64,000 bases of DNA from Pelagibacteraceae bacterium (GCA_038103905.1 JAYNZW010000008.1:9005-73004), one strand, 5' to 3'. Positions 48,867-59,900 are shown, counted from the stretch's first letter. The notes: generated from the letters alone by a model not told the origin. Program-made: numbers and translations.

Positions 48867-50276
48867 TTATACACTAAAGTAATTTTTGAATTCCACGGGA
48901 TGAGGCGAGTGTTCTAGATCATATACTTCCTGCATTTTAAGATCTATGTACCCATCAATTTGATCATCAGTGAAAACTCCACCTTCGGTTAGAAAAGCTC
49001 TATCCTGATCAACGGATTCTAGCGCCTCTCTTAAAGATCCACAGACAGTTGGAAGTGCAGCAACTTCACTATCAGATAACTCATATAGATCTTGGTCGCT
49101 TGCATCACCTGGGTGTATTTTATTTTTTATTCCATCCATTCCCGCCATAAGCATTGCAGCAAAAGCTAAATATGGATTTGCAGTGGGATCAGGAAATCTT
49201 ACCTCAACTCTTTTTCCTTTTGGGCTATCAGAAACTGGTATTCTGCATGAAGCAGATCTATTTCTTGCGGAATAAACAAGTATGACTGGAGCTTCAAATC
49301 CTGGAATTAATCTTTTGTAACTATTTGTACTTGGGTTAGTAAAGGCATTTAATGCTTTGCCATGTTTTATGATGCCACCAATATAATGAAGCGCAGTTTC
49401 AGAGAGGCCAGCATACTCATTACCTGAAAACAGAGGTTTGCCATCTTTCCAGATTGATTGATGAGTGTGCATGCCAGACCCATTATCACCTTTTACTGGT
49501 TTAGGCATGAATGTAGCTGTTTTACCAAATGAATTTGCTACCATGTGAACTCCATATTTATACAATTGAATTCCATCGCCTTGTTTTAACAGAGTATCAA
49601 ACAATAAACCTAGCTCATGTTGACTTGGTGCGACTTCGTGGTGATGCTTTTCCATTTTTAAACCTAAGTTTTTTAATTCTTCAAGAAACTCAGTTCGGAT
49701 ATCTTGAGCGCTATCAACTGGTGGAACAGGGAAATAACCACCTTTAATTCCAGGTCTATGGCCAAGATTGCCACTTTCATAATTTTTAGCACTGTTATAA
49801 GGTCCTTCAATACTATCAATTTCAAAGCTAGACTTGTTCATCTCAACTTGAAACTTTACATCATCAAACACAAAGAATTCAGCTTCGGGGCCAATATAGA
49901 CTGTATCACCAATACCACTTGCTTTAACATATTCTTCTGCTTTTTTAGCAGTTCCACGAGGGTCTCTTTCATAGGGCTCTTTTGTTACAGCGTCTAAAAT
50001 ATCACAAAATATCATCATTGTGGGTTGGGCAGTAAATGGGTCCATAACCGTAGTTGAAAGATCAGGTTTTAATACCATGTCAGACTCATTTATAGCTTTC
50101 CAGCCTGCAATAGATGACCCATCAAAGAATACGCCATCATTTAATAGATCCTCATCAACAACAGTGCCATCCATTGTTAAATGTTGCCATTTACCTTTAA
50201 CGTCAGTAAATCTTAGATCTAAATATTTAGCTCCAGAATCTCTGAAAGCTTTTAATGCTTCACTTGCAGTAGTCAT
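48867..50276 (-). CDS. glnA: Glutamine synthetase type I
   Basis: 469-aa ORF with AGGGGAG RBS. GSI patterns FTDVKGKWQH, GSGMHTHQS and SYKRLIPGFEAP. Adenylylation-loop Tyr retained (DQDLYELS). Confidence 0.95.
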   Translation of the reverse strand: MTTASEALKAFRDSGAKYLDLRFTDVKGKWQHLTMDGTVVDEDLLNDGVFFDGSSIAGWKAINESDMVLKPDLSTTVMDPFTAQPTMMIFCDILDAVTKEPYERDPRGTAKKAEEYVKASGIGDTVYIGPEAEFFVFDDVKFQVEMNKSSFEIDSIEGPYNSAKNYESGNLGHRPGIKGGYFPVPPVDSAQDIRTEFLEELKNLGLKMEKHHHEVAPSQHELGLLFDTLLKQGDGIQLYKYGVHMVANSFGKTATFMPKPVKGDNGSGMHTHQSIWKDGKPLFSGNEYAGLSETALHYIGGIIKHGKALNAFTNPSTNSYKRLIPGFEAPVILVYSARNRSASCRIPVSDSPKGKRVEVRFPDPTANPYLAFAAMLMAGMDGIKNKIHPGDASDQDLYELSDSEVAALPTVCGSLREALESVDQDRAFLTEGGVFTDDQIDGYIDLKMQEVYDLEHSPHPVEFKNYFSV

Positions 50277-50316
50277 TTTGTCTCCCCTAAAAACGTTAAT
50301 AAAGTAATGTTATAGC

Positions 50317-51288
50317 TTACTTTGTCAAAGTTCCAACAATATGTGAAAGTATTTTATATGGATCAGCATTAGAAGCAGGTCTTCTATCTTCAAGGTATCC
50401 ATTCCAATTATTTTCAACTGTATAGACTGGAATTCTTATACTGGCACCTCTATCACTAACTCCGTATGAGAATTTATCAATACTCTGAGTTTCATGAAGA
50501 CCAGTAAGTCTCATATCATTATCAGATCCATAAGAAGATATTCCTTCTTCATGAGCCTTTCCTAATTTTTCACACATTGATGAAAATAACTCTTCAGAAC
50601 CTTTAGATCTCATTTCTTCATTTGAGAAATTGGTATGCATGCCTGAACCATTCCAGTCACCAGTTTTAGGTTTTGGGTGAATATTTAAACCTACACCATA
50701 TTTTTCAGCGGTTTTAAACAAAAGATATCTGCTGACCCAGAGATCATCTGCAGCCTTGATACCTTTTCCAAAACACTGATACTCCCATTGACCAAGAGCA
50801 ACTTCAGCATTAGTTCCAGTTAGAGTGATACCAACATCCAGACAGGCTTTTAAATGAGCATCTGATATTTCACGTCCAATAACATTACCTGCGCCAACTC
50901 CACAGTAATACTCACCTTGTTCCCTTGGGGTTCCAGCTTCCCAACCAAGAGGCTCACCATCATTAGGGTTTGTAAAGAAGAATTCTTGCTCAAAACCAAA
51001 CCACCATTCATCAGTCACAACTTCAGCGGCAGCAGCTCTAAAATTTGATGGGTGAGTAGTATGATCTGCTGACTGAACCTGAGTCATAACTAAATCGTGC
51101 CCATTAGGATTGGAGTAAGTCTGAACCGGTAAAAGAAGACAATCAGAACTTCCACCATCAGCCTGTTGAGTAGATGAACCGTCAAATGACCAATCAGGTG
51201 CCGATGATTGATCTGTTGCTTTTACTTTACTTCTCATGAAAGGCTCAGGCTGGTAGCCGTCAAGCCAAATATATTCGAATGTATTCAT
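50317..51288 (-). CDS. glnII: Glutamine synthetase type II (eukaryote-like GSII)
   Basis: 323-aa ORF. GSII patterns EYIWLDG, WSFDGSSTQQA, YYCGVGAG, EVALGQWEYQ, GSGMHTNFS and RGASIRIP. Confidence 0.85.
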   Translation of the reverse strand: MNTFEYIWLDGYQPEPFMRSKVKATDQSSAPDWSFDGSSTQQADGGSSDCLLLPVQTYSNPNGHDLVMTQVQSADHTTHPSNFRAAAAEVVTDEWWFGFEQEFFFTNPNDGEPLGWEAGTPREQGEYYCGVGAGNVIGREISDAHLKACLDVGITLTGTNAEVALGQWEYQCFGKGIKAADDLWVSRYLLFKTAEKYGVGLNIHPKPKTGDWNGSGMHTNFSNEEMRSKGSEELFSSMCEKLGKAHEEGISSYGSDNDMRLTGLHETQSIDKFSYGVSDRGASIRIPVYTVENNWNGYLEDRRPASNADPYKILSHIVGTLTK

Positions 51289-51312
51289 TTTTTTGTCTTC
51301 TTTCTTAATAAA

Positions 51313-51666
<354 letters not shown>

Positions 51667-51874
51667 CTACGTTAAATTGAGCAATGCACTATAATTAAAT
51701 ACAAAGAAAACATTGCACTATTTAGAACTTATGCCAAATTGACACAAACATTTCTATAAAATATTATAAAATTTAGATTTATAAATAATTCATATTAATC
51801 AATTATTTATAAAAACTTCTTAAAATCTATCATAAAAAAATTTTTGAATAGATTTAAGTATTAGAGAAATAATT

Positions 51875-52720
51875 ATGATTTTAAAAAATTCTCCTGATCT
51901 TTGGATTGACCAATTTCCTTTCCCTGGAGATTCAGACCATAAGTATTCTAGGGGTTTAGTTCTAATTAATTCTGGCCCTGTTTTTAAAACAGGAGCAGCA
52001 AGACTCGCTGGAAGAGCTGCTATGCGTGTTGGAGCAGGGGCTGTAAAATTGATATGTGATAAAGAAGCAGCGCAAGTGTTAGAGCCACAAATTTCAGTTG
52101 AATTAATATCTGTTATTGAAAATAAACACGATTTTCAATCTATACTAAAAGATAGAAAGGCTTCGTCAGTTCTTATTGGGCCCGGTAACACAATTTCTGA
52201 TGAAACAAAAGCAAGAACACTTTTAGCTCTCGCATTTATTGATCATGTAATTATCGATGCTGATGCCATTACAAGTTTCGAAAACTCTCCAGAGGAATTA
52301 TTCATTGACACATATGAACATACAATTTTAACGCCTCACGAAGGTGAATTTAGAAGACTATTCGGCGATAAAATTAATAATATTGATGACAAGGTAGTTA
52401 GGACTCTAGAGGGAGCAAAAAAAGCTGGAAGCATTGTTTTGTTAAAAGGATCTGATACAGTCATTGCTCATCCTTCGGGAAGAGTGGTAATTAATTCTTC
52501 CAAGGCACCTTATCTTGCAACCGCAGGATCAGGCGATGTATTAGCTGGAATAATATCATCATTAGTTGGACATAATAAAATGGAAGCATTTGAAGCTGCC
52601 TGTGCTGGGTCATGGATACATTCTCAGTTAGGCGAATTATTAGGTCCAGGATTAATAGCTGATGATCTAGTTGACAATATTCCACTCATAGTTAAAAACC
52701 TTGCTAAAATTAAAACCTAA
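51875..52720 (+). CDS. nnrD: ADP-dependent NAD(P)H-hydrate dehydratase (YjeF C-terminal domain only)
   Basis: 281-aa ORF with patterns KYSRG, LTPHEGEF and ATAGSGDVLAG. No N-terminal epimerase domain. Confidence 0.8.
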   Translation: MILKNSPDLWIDQFPFPGDSDHKYSRGLVLINSGPVFKTGAARLAGRAAMRVGAGAVKLICDKEAAQVLEPQISVELISVIENKHDFQSILKDRKASSVLIGPGNTISDETKARTLLALAFIDHVIIDADAITSFENSPEELFIDTYEHTILTPHEGEFRRLFGDKINNIDDKVVRTLEGAKKAGSIVLLKGSDTVIAHPSGRVVINSSKAPYLATAGSGDVLAGIISSLVGHNKMEAFEAACAGSWIHSQLGELLGPGLIADDLVDNIPLIVKNLAKIKT

Positions 52721-54496
52721 TGAAAAAGACTCTTATAATAATTCTATCGTTAATTACTTTTGTAAATCATTATTCTTTTGCAAATGAGCCAGCTGAAAAA
52801 ACAAAGATATTTTTAGACGATGTCAAAATATATGGAACAAAGATCAATAAGGATGATGATAAAGAGATATTTGCTTGGTATGGAATTCCTTACGCTCAAC
52901 CTCCTGTAGGCAATTTGAGGTGGAAAGCTCCTCGAGATTTTAATTTTGAATCAGCTAATTTTAATGCTACCGATTTCCCAGAAAGGTGTGTTCAAGTTTC
53001 GAATTTCTATGATGAATTAATAACTGGTCAGAAAGAAGGATCAATCTTTGGTGAAGAAGACTGTTTGTATCTAAATGTTTTTGCTTCAGAAGAATTGTTG
53101 AAAAGTAATAAAAAGGCCCCTGTTATGTTTTGGATTCACGGAGGAGGAAATACATGGGGATATTCAGCATCTCCTATGTACATACCCACTAATTTTCTAA
53201 AATTTCATGATGTAATTCTTGTAACAGTTAATTATAGATTAGGTCCATTTGGCTGGTTTTCAGTTCCAGGATTAAATTCATCATCTGAGGAACCACTAGA
53301 TCAATCGCCTAATTTTGGAACTCTTGATTTAATAAAAGCCCTTGAGTGGGTGAATGAAAACATCAGTTCTTTTGGAGGTGATCCAAATAATATTACTATT
53401 TTTGGTGAGTCTGCTGGGGCTCGAAATGTTTTGTCTTTATATGTTGCTGATCAAGCTAAAAATTTATTTCAAAGAGGGATTGTACAAAGTGGTTACTTAG
53501 TTTCAGATGATATTGAATATTCAAGGAACAATCCAAAGTCTGGTTCACTTACCTTTATTAAGTCTTCTATAAAAGAAAATGATCCAGCAATGAATCCAAT
53601 GACATTAAAAGAAACACTAGAAGATACAGAAATATTAGGTAAGTATTTAAGAGGCTTATCAAAGGAACAAATCATTAGTTTTTATAGAGTTAGAGAAGAC
53701 GCGGGAGGGTTAATTGATATTCCAAATGTGATACCAGATGGCATAGTAATCCCTGAAGAAGGCATTTTTAAGTCTTACTTGAATGGAAAATTTCAAGATA
53801 AAAAAATCATTCTTGGAACTAATCGAGACGAAAATAAACTTTTCATTAATGGAGATCCAAGGTTTGTTAAAACAGTTTTGCCAAGCTTTATAGCAAATTT
53901 ACATCCAACACTTGGACTATGGACAAAACCTCGGGATGAAAAATTTTATGAGTCCTATTCAAGGTATCAAAGTGATGCGTGGAAATTAGATGCCGTTGAT
54001 AATGCGTCAAGGTATATTTCAAAAGTAAATCAAAGTGATGTTTTTGCTTATAGATTTGACTGGGACAATGAACCTAAATTTCTTGGTATGGATTTTTCTA
54101 AATAATCAACAAAAAAGTGGTCTTTCAGATATTTTGTACGATCCAAACAATGCAGATTTTGACAGAGAATTATCTTTATCAATGAGTCAATATTGGGTCA
54201 ATTTTGCATATGATGGAAATCCAAACTCAAATCCATATGAGCTTGATATTAACTGGGATCCTTGGATAAATAATAATAATGAAAGATTTATTGTTTTTGA
54301 TACAAGCAATGATCAAGGAATACGAATGAATAATGCAATTTTATCATCGGATTCAATACTGCAGAGTCTATCAAGTGAAAATTTATTAATTGAACAAAAA
54401 TGTATGATATTTGACGATCTATTTGATCGTACAACTCTATCAAAAAATCAGGTAGCTATACTTTATAAAGGTTTTTTGAACGGAAAATGTATTTAA
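52720..54496 (+). pseudogene. Secreted type-B carboxylesterase, disrupted by a frameshift (ORFs 52720-54105 and 54035-54496)
   Basis: Signal peptide, HGGG oxyanion motif (WIHGGGNTWG), nucleophile elbow GESAGA and acid NRDE lie in ORF1. The family C-terminus (LSLSMSQYWVNFAYDGNPNS) continues in the +1 frame. The stop comes just after a T5 run at 54093-54097. Confidence 0.6.
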
Positions 54497-54714
54497 TTTT
54501 TCTTTAAGGTTACTTTGAAACCATCAACATTGCTGATTTCTTGCACACCATCAATATGCATTTTGTATTTTTTAAATTCTTTTTTCTCTTTCACAGCTTT
54601 TCTCGCTGAAGATATATCTTTTGCGCAGACAAAAAAATTGGTGTGACCCTCATAAAACCCTTTTGATACATCATTTGGATCGTAAAAACCTGCATGTACT
54701 TGAAATAGTTTCAT
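54493..54714 (-). CDS. Small DUF1543-like protein
   Basis: Pattern MKLFQVHAGF...GHTNFFVCAKD...HIDGVQEISNVDGFKV resembles DUF1543, from memory. Start taken at ATG 54714; the ORF opens at 54741. Confidence 0.45.
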   Translation of the reverse strand: MKLFQVHAGFYDPNDVSKGFYEGHTNFFVCAKDISSARKAVKEKKEFKKYKMHIDGVQEISNVDGFKVTLKKN

Positions 54715-54907
54715 GATAAGTTTATTTTGATGAAAAAACAAAATTTGCCAACAAAAATCTGTGTTACATGTAAAAAAAAATTCTCATGGAGGAAGAAATG
54801 GGAATTAAATTGGAATAATGTTAAGTATTGCTCAAAACGATGTTCACCAAGAAATAAATAATTTATTATAGTTTGTTTAAAGTTTTTTAATTAATTAAAT
54901 TTGATTG

Positions 54908-55777
54908 ATGCAATCAAAGCACCTTATTTTAGTTCTAGTTATAATGATATTGTACGGAAGTTCTTATCCAGTTGGAAAACTTGGTATTGATACAATTCCT
55001 CCTTTGTTATTTACAGCGCTTAGACTGGGATTGATTTTTTTAGCTTTTTTGCCTTTTTTTAGATTAAAATTGCCAGACAAAAAACTATTTAAACCATTAG
55101 TTGGTTTTTCTCTAGCGATGGGTATTGGGACTTACGCAACAATGTATTATGCGCTAGAGCAATTATCAATTGTTGCGCCAATTATTATTGGAGCTCAACT
55201 ATCAATACCATTCGGATTAATGCTTAGTTTATTTTTTTTAGGAGAAGATATTTCTTTAAAACGCTGGATACTAATTTTTTTATCTTTTATTGGAATTATT
55301 ATTATCGCTTATGACCCAAGAATTATTGATGACAAGTTTGGATTACTTTTAGTAATTGTTATGGCTTTTTTCTATGCTCTATCAAACTTAATGGCCCGTG
55401 TATTAAAAGAAGTTGATACAGCAACTCTTAATGGTTGGCATGGCTTGATTGCATTCATTCCTGTAGCAGTGTTGACACTTATTATTGAAGGAAATCCACT
55501 AAATTATTTATTACCTATCAATGGGATAGCTATTTTCACAATTCTTCATACTGCATTGATTGTCTCGGCGATCGGGCATGCAGGGATGTTTTACTTGTAT
55601 AAGTTTTATCCTATTTCAAATGTACTTCCATTTTACTCATTATTTCCAATATTTGGTTTGATACTTGCTTTCATTATGTTTGCTGAAACACTAAGTGTTC
55701 AAGAAGTTGTTGGAGGAATACTCATTCTTGGATCAGTTTTTTTACTGCACCAAGAAAATAAAAAAAATAACTCTTAA
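54908..55777 (+). CDS. EamA/DMT-family transporter
   Basis: About 289-aa, 10-TM ORF with two EamA-like halves. ATG at 54908 (TTG at 54905 opens the ORF). Confidence 0.75.
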   Translation: MQSKHLILVLVIMILYGSSYPVGKLGIDTIPPLLFTALRLGLIFLAFLPFFRLKLPDKKLFKPLVGFSLAMGIGTYATMYYALEQLSIVAPIIIGAQLSIPFGLMLSLFFLGEDISLKRWILIFLSFIGIIIIAYDPRIIDDKFGLLLVIVMAFFYALSNLMARVLKEVDTATLNGWHGLIAFIPVAVLTLIIEGNPLNYLLPINGIAIFTILHTALIVSAIGHAGMFYLYKFYPISNVLPFYSLFPIFGLILAFIMFAETLSVQEVVGGILILGSVFLLHQENKKNNS

Positions 55778-56712
55778 ATTAAATTTTTAGGCCTGTTTAA
55801 ATAAAAGGAGTTTATATTATCTATTAGTTGTTTAACTGCTCTATTTAAAGTTTCATCTGATGCCCATGCTGTATGGGGTGTCCAAATAAAGTTAGCTTTA
55901 TTGTTAATGCTGTAATAAGGATGATTTTTCTTAGGAGGTTCAGTAGTTGCTACATCGATACCAGCTCCAGCAATCATTTTTTTACTTATCGCAGCAACTA
56001 AATCTTTTTCATTAATAATGCCACCCCTTGCAGTATTAATTATGATTGAGCTTTTTTTCATAAGCTTTAATTCTTTGATTGTGATTAAGTTTAATGTGTT
56101 TTTTTCAAGTGGACAGTGAATTGAAATAATATCATTTTTTATCAAAAATTTTTTAAACTTAGTATGGTTTATATTTCTTGCAGAAAAAAAAATTACATTC
56201 ATATTAAATGCTTTTGCTATTTTACTTACTTGTTTACCTATAGAGCCTTTTCCAATAATGCCGATATTCTTTCCCTGTAGGTCATTTATTTTTCTATGCA
56301 GTAATGCAAAGACTCTTTTTTTTTGCCAAATATTTTCTTGGATATCTTTTTCAAGACCTTTTATTTGTTTATATAATATTAAAATGAGTGTAAACACATG
56401 CTCCGCTACAGATACAGACGCGTAATCTTTGAGGTTACAAACTTTAATCATATTTTCTTTACAGTAATTTAAATCAATAATGTTTGTTCCTGTTGCTGTT
56501 ATTGCTATTAGTTCTAAATTTTTTGCATGCTTAAGTGTCAATTTGTCTAATTTAGTTTTGTTTGTAACGATAATGTGAGCATGTTTAATTCGTTGAATGA
56601 TTTTTGCATTTTCTGTAAATGAATAATTTCTCCAATTATTCTTGAATTTAGGCTTTGGAATATTTATTCGTTTAGGAAAAGTATCTCGATCTAAAAAAAC
56701 AATATTTTTCAT
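55774..56712 (-). CDS. D-isomer-specific 2-hydroxyacid dehydrogenase (glycerate dehydrogenase/hydroxypyruvate reductase-like)
   Basis: 312-aa ORF. NAD fold GIIGKGSIGKQV, TARGGIINE and TPHTAWAS. Confidence 0.8.
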   Translation of the reverse strand: MKNIVFLDRDTFPKRINIPKPKFKNNWRNYSFTENAKIIQRIKHAHIIVTNKTKLDKLTLKHAKNLELIAITATGTNIIDLNYCKENMIKVCNLKDYASVSVAEHVFTLILILYKQIKGLEKDIQENIWQKKRVFALLHRKINDLQGKNIGIIGKGSIGKQVSKIAKAFNMNVIFFSARNINHTKFKKFLIKNDIISIHCPLEKNTLNLITIKELKLMKKSSIIINTARGGIINEKDLVAAISKKMIAGAGIDVATTEPPKKNHPYYSINNKANFIWTPHTAWASDETLNRAVKQLIDNINSFYLNRPKNLI

Positions 56713-56830
56713 TTCTTTCGATATTTCATTATTAATTAAATAAATTCATAATGGTATAATTGTTAAAAATTTACCATATGATTTCTTATAATTAAGCTAC
56801 AACAATTTCTAGATATTTCATGATAATAAA

Positions 56831-57628
56831 TTAATTATCATGTATAAAAATGAAGTTTTGAATATAATTGTAATTTTTATTCTGTGGATCAATTTGATTT
56901 TTCTTGAAATCAAAGCTTTCTTCTTTTTCAACTAACTGCAATTTATTATTTACATAAAAAATTTTATATCCAATATCGCTCATAAATCGAAATATTTCAT
57001 CAGGATTTTGATTATGAACAATTTCATTTTCAATGATTAGATTAGGTTTTTGATTTTTAATTGTATTTATTGCCCCTTTTAAAACATCCAATTCAAATCC
57101 TTCGACATCTATTTTTATTAAACCAATGTTCTGAATATTTAGAGTATCTATTTTCCTTATTTCTACGGAGTATTCAATTCCTTCACGTATATCTATCTTT
57201 GCAATTGAGGCGCCATTAGAAGTCCATCCTTTTCTAGTTTTTGGAATTCTTAACTTTTCTGTGCCATCTTTATTTCCAATTGCTATTGGAACAATTTCAA
57301 CATTTCTATCAACGACATACTTAAGATGTTTTAAGGGGTAAGGGTTTGGCTCAAAAGCGTACACTTTTTTAGATGATCGAGACATAAAATAGGTAAAAAG
57401 TCCTAAATTCGCACCTATGTCTAAACTCACTTTATTCTTATCAGATATATTCTTGATTATATTTAATTCGGGGGTAATTTTTTTCGCATACTTATAAGCT
57501 CTGTATTTATAGTAAGCTCTAAACGGAAGATATCTAAACTTAATATCTTGTTCCACTATATTCGTAAAATCTCTCAAATTTTGAATTGAAAGTTTTTCTA
57601 CTGGATAATTAAAATTAAAATCATTCAT
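56831..57628 (-). CDS. FkbM-family SAM-dependent methyltransferase
   Basis: 265-aa ORF with motifs LDIGANLGLFT and LIKIDVEGFELDVLKG. Confidence 0.75.
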   Translation of the reverse strand: MNDFNFNYPVEKLSIQNLRDFTNIVEQDIKFRYLPFRAYYKYRAYKYAKKITPELNIIKNISDKNKVSLDIGANLGLFTYFMSRSSKKVYAFEPNPYPLKHLKYVVDRNVEIVPIAIGNKDGTEKLRIPKTRKGWTSNGASIAKIDIREGIEYSVEIRKIDTLNIQNIGLIKIDVEGFELDVLKGAINTIKNQKPNLIIENEIVHNQNPDEIFRFMSDIGYKIFYVNNKLQLVEKEESFDFKKNQIDPQNKNYNYIQNFIFIHDN

Positions 57629-57752
57629 CTATTTGAAATTATCATAGAATGCATATTAGTTGTACTATTTGTGTAATTTGTATCATTAAATTCACAAAAA
57701 ATAATAGATGTAAACATCTGTAAAATAGTCTATTTTGCATTTTCTATTAATC

Positions 57753-57837
57753 GCGGCTATGGTGGAATTGGTAGACACGCTGGTTTTAGGTACCAGTGAG
57801 GCAACTCATGGGGGTTCGAGTCCCTCTAGCCGCACCA
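57753..57837 (+). tRNA. tRNA-Leu (anticodon UAG), CCA encoded
   Basis: Hand-folded cloverleaf. Acceptor GCGGCTA/TAGCCGC, anticodon stem CTGGT/ACCAG, loop TTTAGGT (TAG). Long variable arm TGAG-GCAA-CTCA, T-arm GGGGG-TTCGAGT-CCCTC, discriminator A plus CCA. Confidence 0.95.
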
Positions 57838-57847
57838 AAGAGTTTAT

Positions 57848-59275
57848 ATGAATTATAAAGAAACAATAAATAAGGGTCTTAAGAGAGGCTATGAAGTAAT
57901 TATTAAGTCTGAAGACTTTGATAATGGAATAAGTACTAAGACTGAAGAAATAAGAAAAACCATAAAAGTTGATGGCTTTAGACCTGGAAAAGTTCCCGCA
58001 TCAATTGTGCAGCAGAAACACGGTGACTCGATAAAAGCCGAAGTTCTTAATAAGCTTATAAACGACAATGTATTCAATATTATTCAGGAAAAAAAATTTA
58101 GACCTATAGCGCAACCTAAAGTTGATTTAAAAGAAAAAAAAAGTGATGGTGATGATACAGTTTTTACTTTTGAAATTGAACTATTTCCAGAAATTGAATT
58201 AATAGATTTTGAGAAGTTAAATGTAGAGTCATATAAAGTAAAAATTAAAGATAAAGAGATAGATCAAAGAGTAGAATTAATAGCTAAAAACCAGAAATCA
58301 TTTAAAGATCAGCCTGATGATTATAAGGCAAAAAAAGATGACTCTGTTCGACTGGACTATGAAGGTACGATTGATGGAAAGAATTTTGATGGTGGAAAAG
58401 CTGAAGAGCAAACTATTATAATTGGATCAGGGCAATATTTAAAAGACCTTGAAGATGGATTAATTGGACTGAAAGCGGGTGATACAAAAAAAATTCCTGT
58501 AAAATTTCCAGATAATTATCAGGCAGAAGATCTAAAAGGAGCCAATGCTGTATTTGAGTGTAAAATAAAAAAAGTTGGATCACCTGAAGAAACAAAGATT
58601 GATGATGCATTTGCCAAGTCTGTTGGAACGGAAGATTTAAAAGACTTAAAGACAAAAGTTAAAGATCAAATGCAAAAAGAGTACGATGATCTAACCAAGA
58701 ACATCTCAAAAAAGAATTTATTCGATATTCTAGAAAAAGAGCATAAATTTGAAATGCCAGAAGGATTAGTTGATACTGAATTTAATAATTTAAAACAAGG
58801 TCATTTAGCATCTCAAAATCCAGTTTCTGATGATCATAAAAAAGAAATTAAAGATCAAAAACTATCTAGTGATAATGAAAAGAAGTTTAAAGATGAGGCA
58901 TCCAAGAGAATTCAGCTTGGATTAGTTCTTCAGGAGGTCGGTCGATTAAATAATATTCAAGTAACTCAAGATGAGATGAATAAGGCACTTTATGAGTACG
59001 CGATGAACTTTAGAGGTCAAGAGCAAAAAGTTATTGAGTATTACAAGAGTAATCAAGATGCGATGACACAGCTTCAGGCTCCAATTTATGAAAATAAAAT
59101 TTTGGACTTTATCCTTGGCAAGGTTAAGCTAAAATCAACTGATATAGACGTTGATTCGTTTATCAAGATATACAATGGCGGGAATGCTGAAAAATCAGCA
59201 ACAGAAAAAAAGAAAACTGTTAAAAAGAAAACTGTAAAAAAAGCAACCACGAAAAAGAAAACTGAAAAAAAATAA
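57848..59275 (+). CDS. tig: Trigger factor
   Basis: 475-aa ORF. Ribosome-binding signature GFRPGKVP and an FKBP-type middle domain. Upstream of clpP. Lys-rich C-terminal tail. Confidence 0.95.
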   Translation: MNYKETINKGLKRGYEVIIKSEDFDNGISTKTEEIRKTIKVDGFRPGKVPASIVQQKHGDSIKAEVLNKLINDNVFNIIQEKKFRPIAQPKVDLKEKKSDGDDTVFTFEIELFPEIELIDFEKLNVESYKVKIKDKEIDQRVELIAKNQKSFKDQPDDYKAKKDDSVRLDYEGTIDGKNFDGGKAEEQTIIIGSGQYLKDLEDGLIGLKAGDTKKIPVKFPDNYQAEDLKGANAVFECKIKKVGSPEETKIDDAFAKSVGTEDLKDLKTKVKDQMQKEYDDLTKNISKKNLFDILEKEHKFEMPEGLVDTEFNNLKQGHLASQNPVSDDHKKEIKDQKLSSDNEKKFKDEASKRIQLGLVLQEVGRLNNIQVTQDEMNKALYEYAMNFRGQEQKVIEYYKSNQDAMTQLQAPIYENKILDFILGKVKLKSTDIDVDSFIKIYNGGNAEKSATEKKKTVKKKTVKKATTKKKTEKK

Positions 59276-59279
59276 ATTT

Positions 59280-59900
59280 ATGAGTGATAAAATATCGATG
59301 AATACACTAATACCTATGGTTGTCGAGCAAACGGGCAAAGGTGAGAGAGCGTATGACATATATTCACGTCTTTTAAAAGAAAGAATTATCTTCCTAGTTG
59401 GGCCTGTTCATGATGGACTTGCTTCACTGATTTCAGCTCAACTATTATTTTTAGAGTCTGAAGATCCTGAAAAAGAAATTTATTTATATATCAATTCACC
59501 TGGAGGAGTTGTATCAGATGGGCTAGCGATATATGACACTATGCAATTCATACAGTGTCCAGTTTCGACATTATGTTTTGGTCAAGCTGCATCTATGGGA
59601 TCTTTTCTTCTTGCTGCAGGTGAAAAAGGAAAAAGATTTGCGTTGCCAAATAGTAGAATAATGGTTCATCAGCCGTCTGCTGGCTTTCAAGGACAGGCAA
59701 CTGATATTGAAATCCATGCAAAAGAAATCGCATCTACAAAAAATAAACTTAATCAACTTTACTCAAAACACACTGGTCAAGATGTAAAGGCTATAGAAGA
59801 TGCATTGGAGCGAGATAATTTTATGGATCCTGAAGCGGCAAAAAACTTTGGAATTATCGATGAAATTCAAGAAAAAAGAATTCCAAAAATCGAGAAATAG
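59280..59900 (+). CDS. clpP: ATP-dependent Clp protease proteolytic subunit
   Basis: 206-aa ORF with Ser-His-Asp context [11 protein letters not shown] and MVHQP. Confidence 0.97.
   Translation: MSDKISMNTLIPMVVEQTGKGERAYDIYSRLLKERIIFLVGPVHDGLASLISAQLLFLESEDPEKEIYLYINSPGGVVSDGLAIYDTMQFIQCPVSTLCFGQAASMGSFLLAAGEKGKRFALPNSRIMVHQPSAGFQGQATDIEIHAKEIASTKNKLNQLYSKHTGQDVKAIEDALERDNFMDPEAAKNFGIIDEIQEKRIPKIEK

Noticed and set aside
51731-51737. TTGGCAT (minus strand) as a sigma54 -24 element upstream of glnB
   Set aside because: The nearest GC dinucleotide of a potential -12 element (TGCA) is 18 nt from the GG instead of the required 11, so no valid -24/-12 promoter exists.
54088-54110. Possible programmed +1 ribosomal frameshift joining the two esterase ORFs
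   Set aside because: There is no recognisable slippery or hungry-codon context of the prfB type and no upstream SD-like stimulator. The catalytic His is also missing, so a mutation or sequencing error at the T5 run is the simpler explanation.
54764-54773. 10-bp palindrome TTACATGTAA in the 166-nt spacer between the DUF1543-like and EamA genes, plus a 10-codon ORF (ATGGAGGAAGAAATGGGAATTAAATTGGAATAA)
   Set aside because: Short A/T-rich palindromes are frequent at this composition. The mini-ORF has no RBS or recognisable leader-peptide logic.
52720-57628. Genomic island next to tRNA-Leu (esterase pseudogene, DUF1543, EamA, 2-hydroxyacid dehydrogenase, FkbM methyltransferase; sample lines about 18-22% GC)
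   Set aside because: No integrase, transposase or direct repeat of the tRNA 3' end was seen, and the block lies 5' of the tRNA rather than at its 3' end. Similarly low GC occurs in core genes such as dgt. It may be a flexible region, but the sequence alone does not support calling a mobile element.
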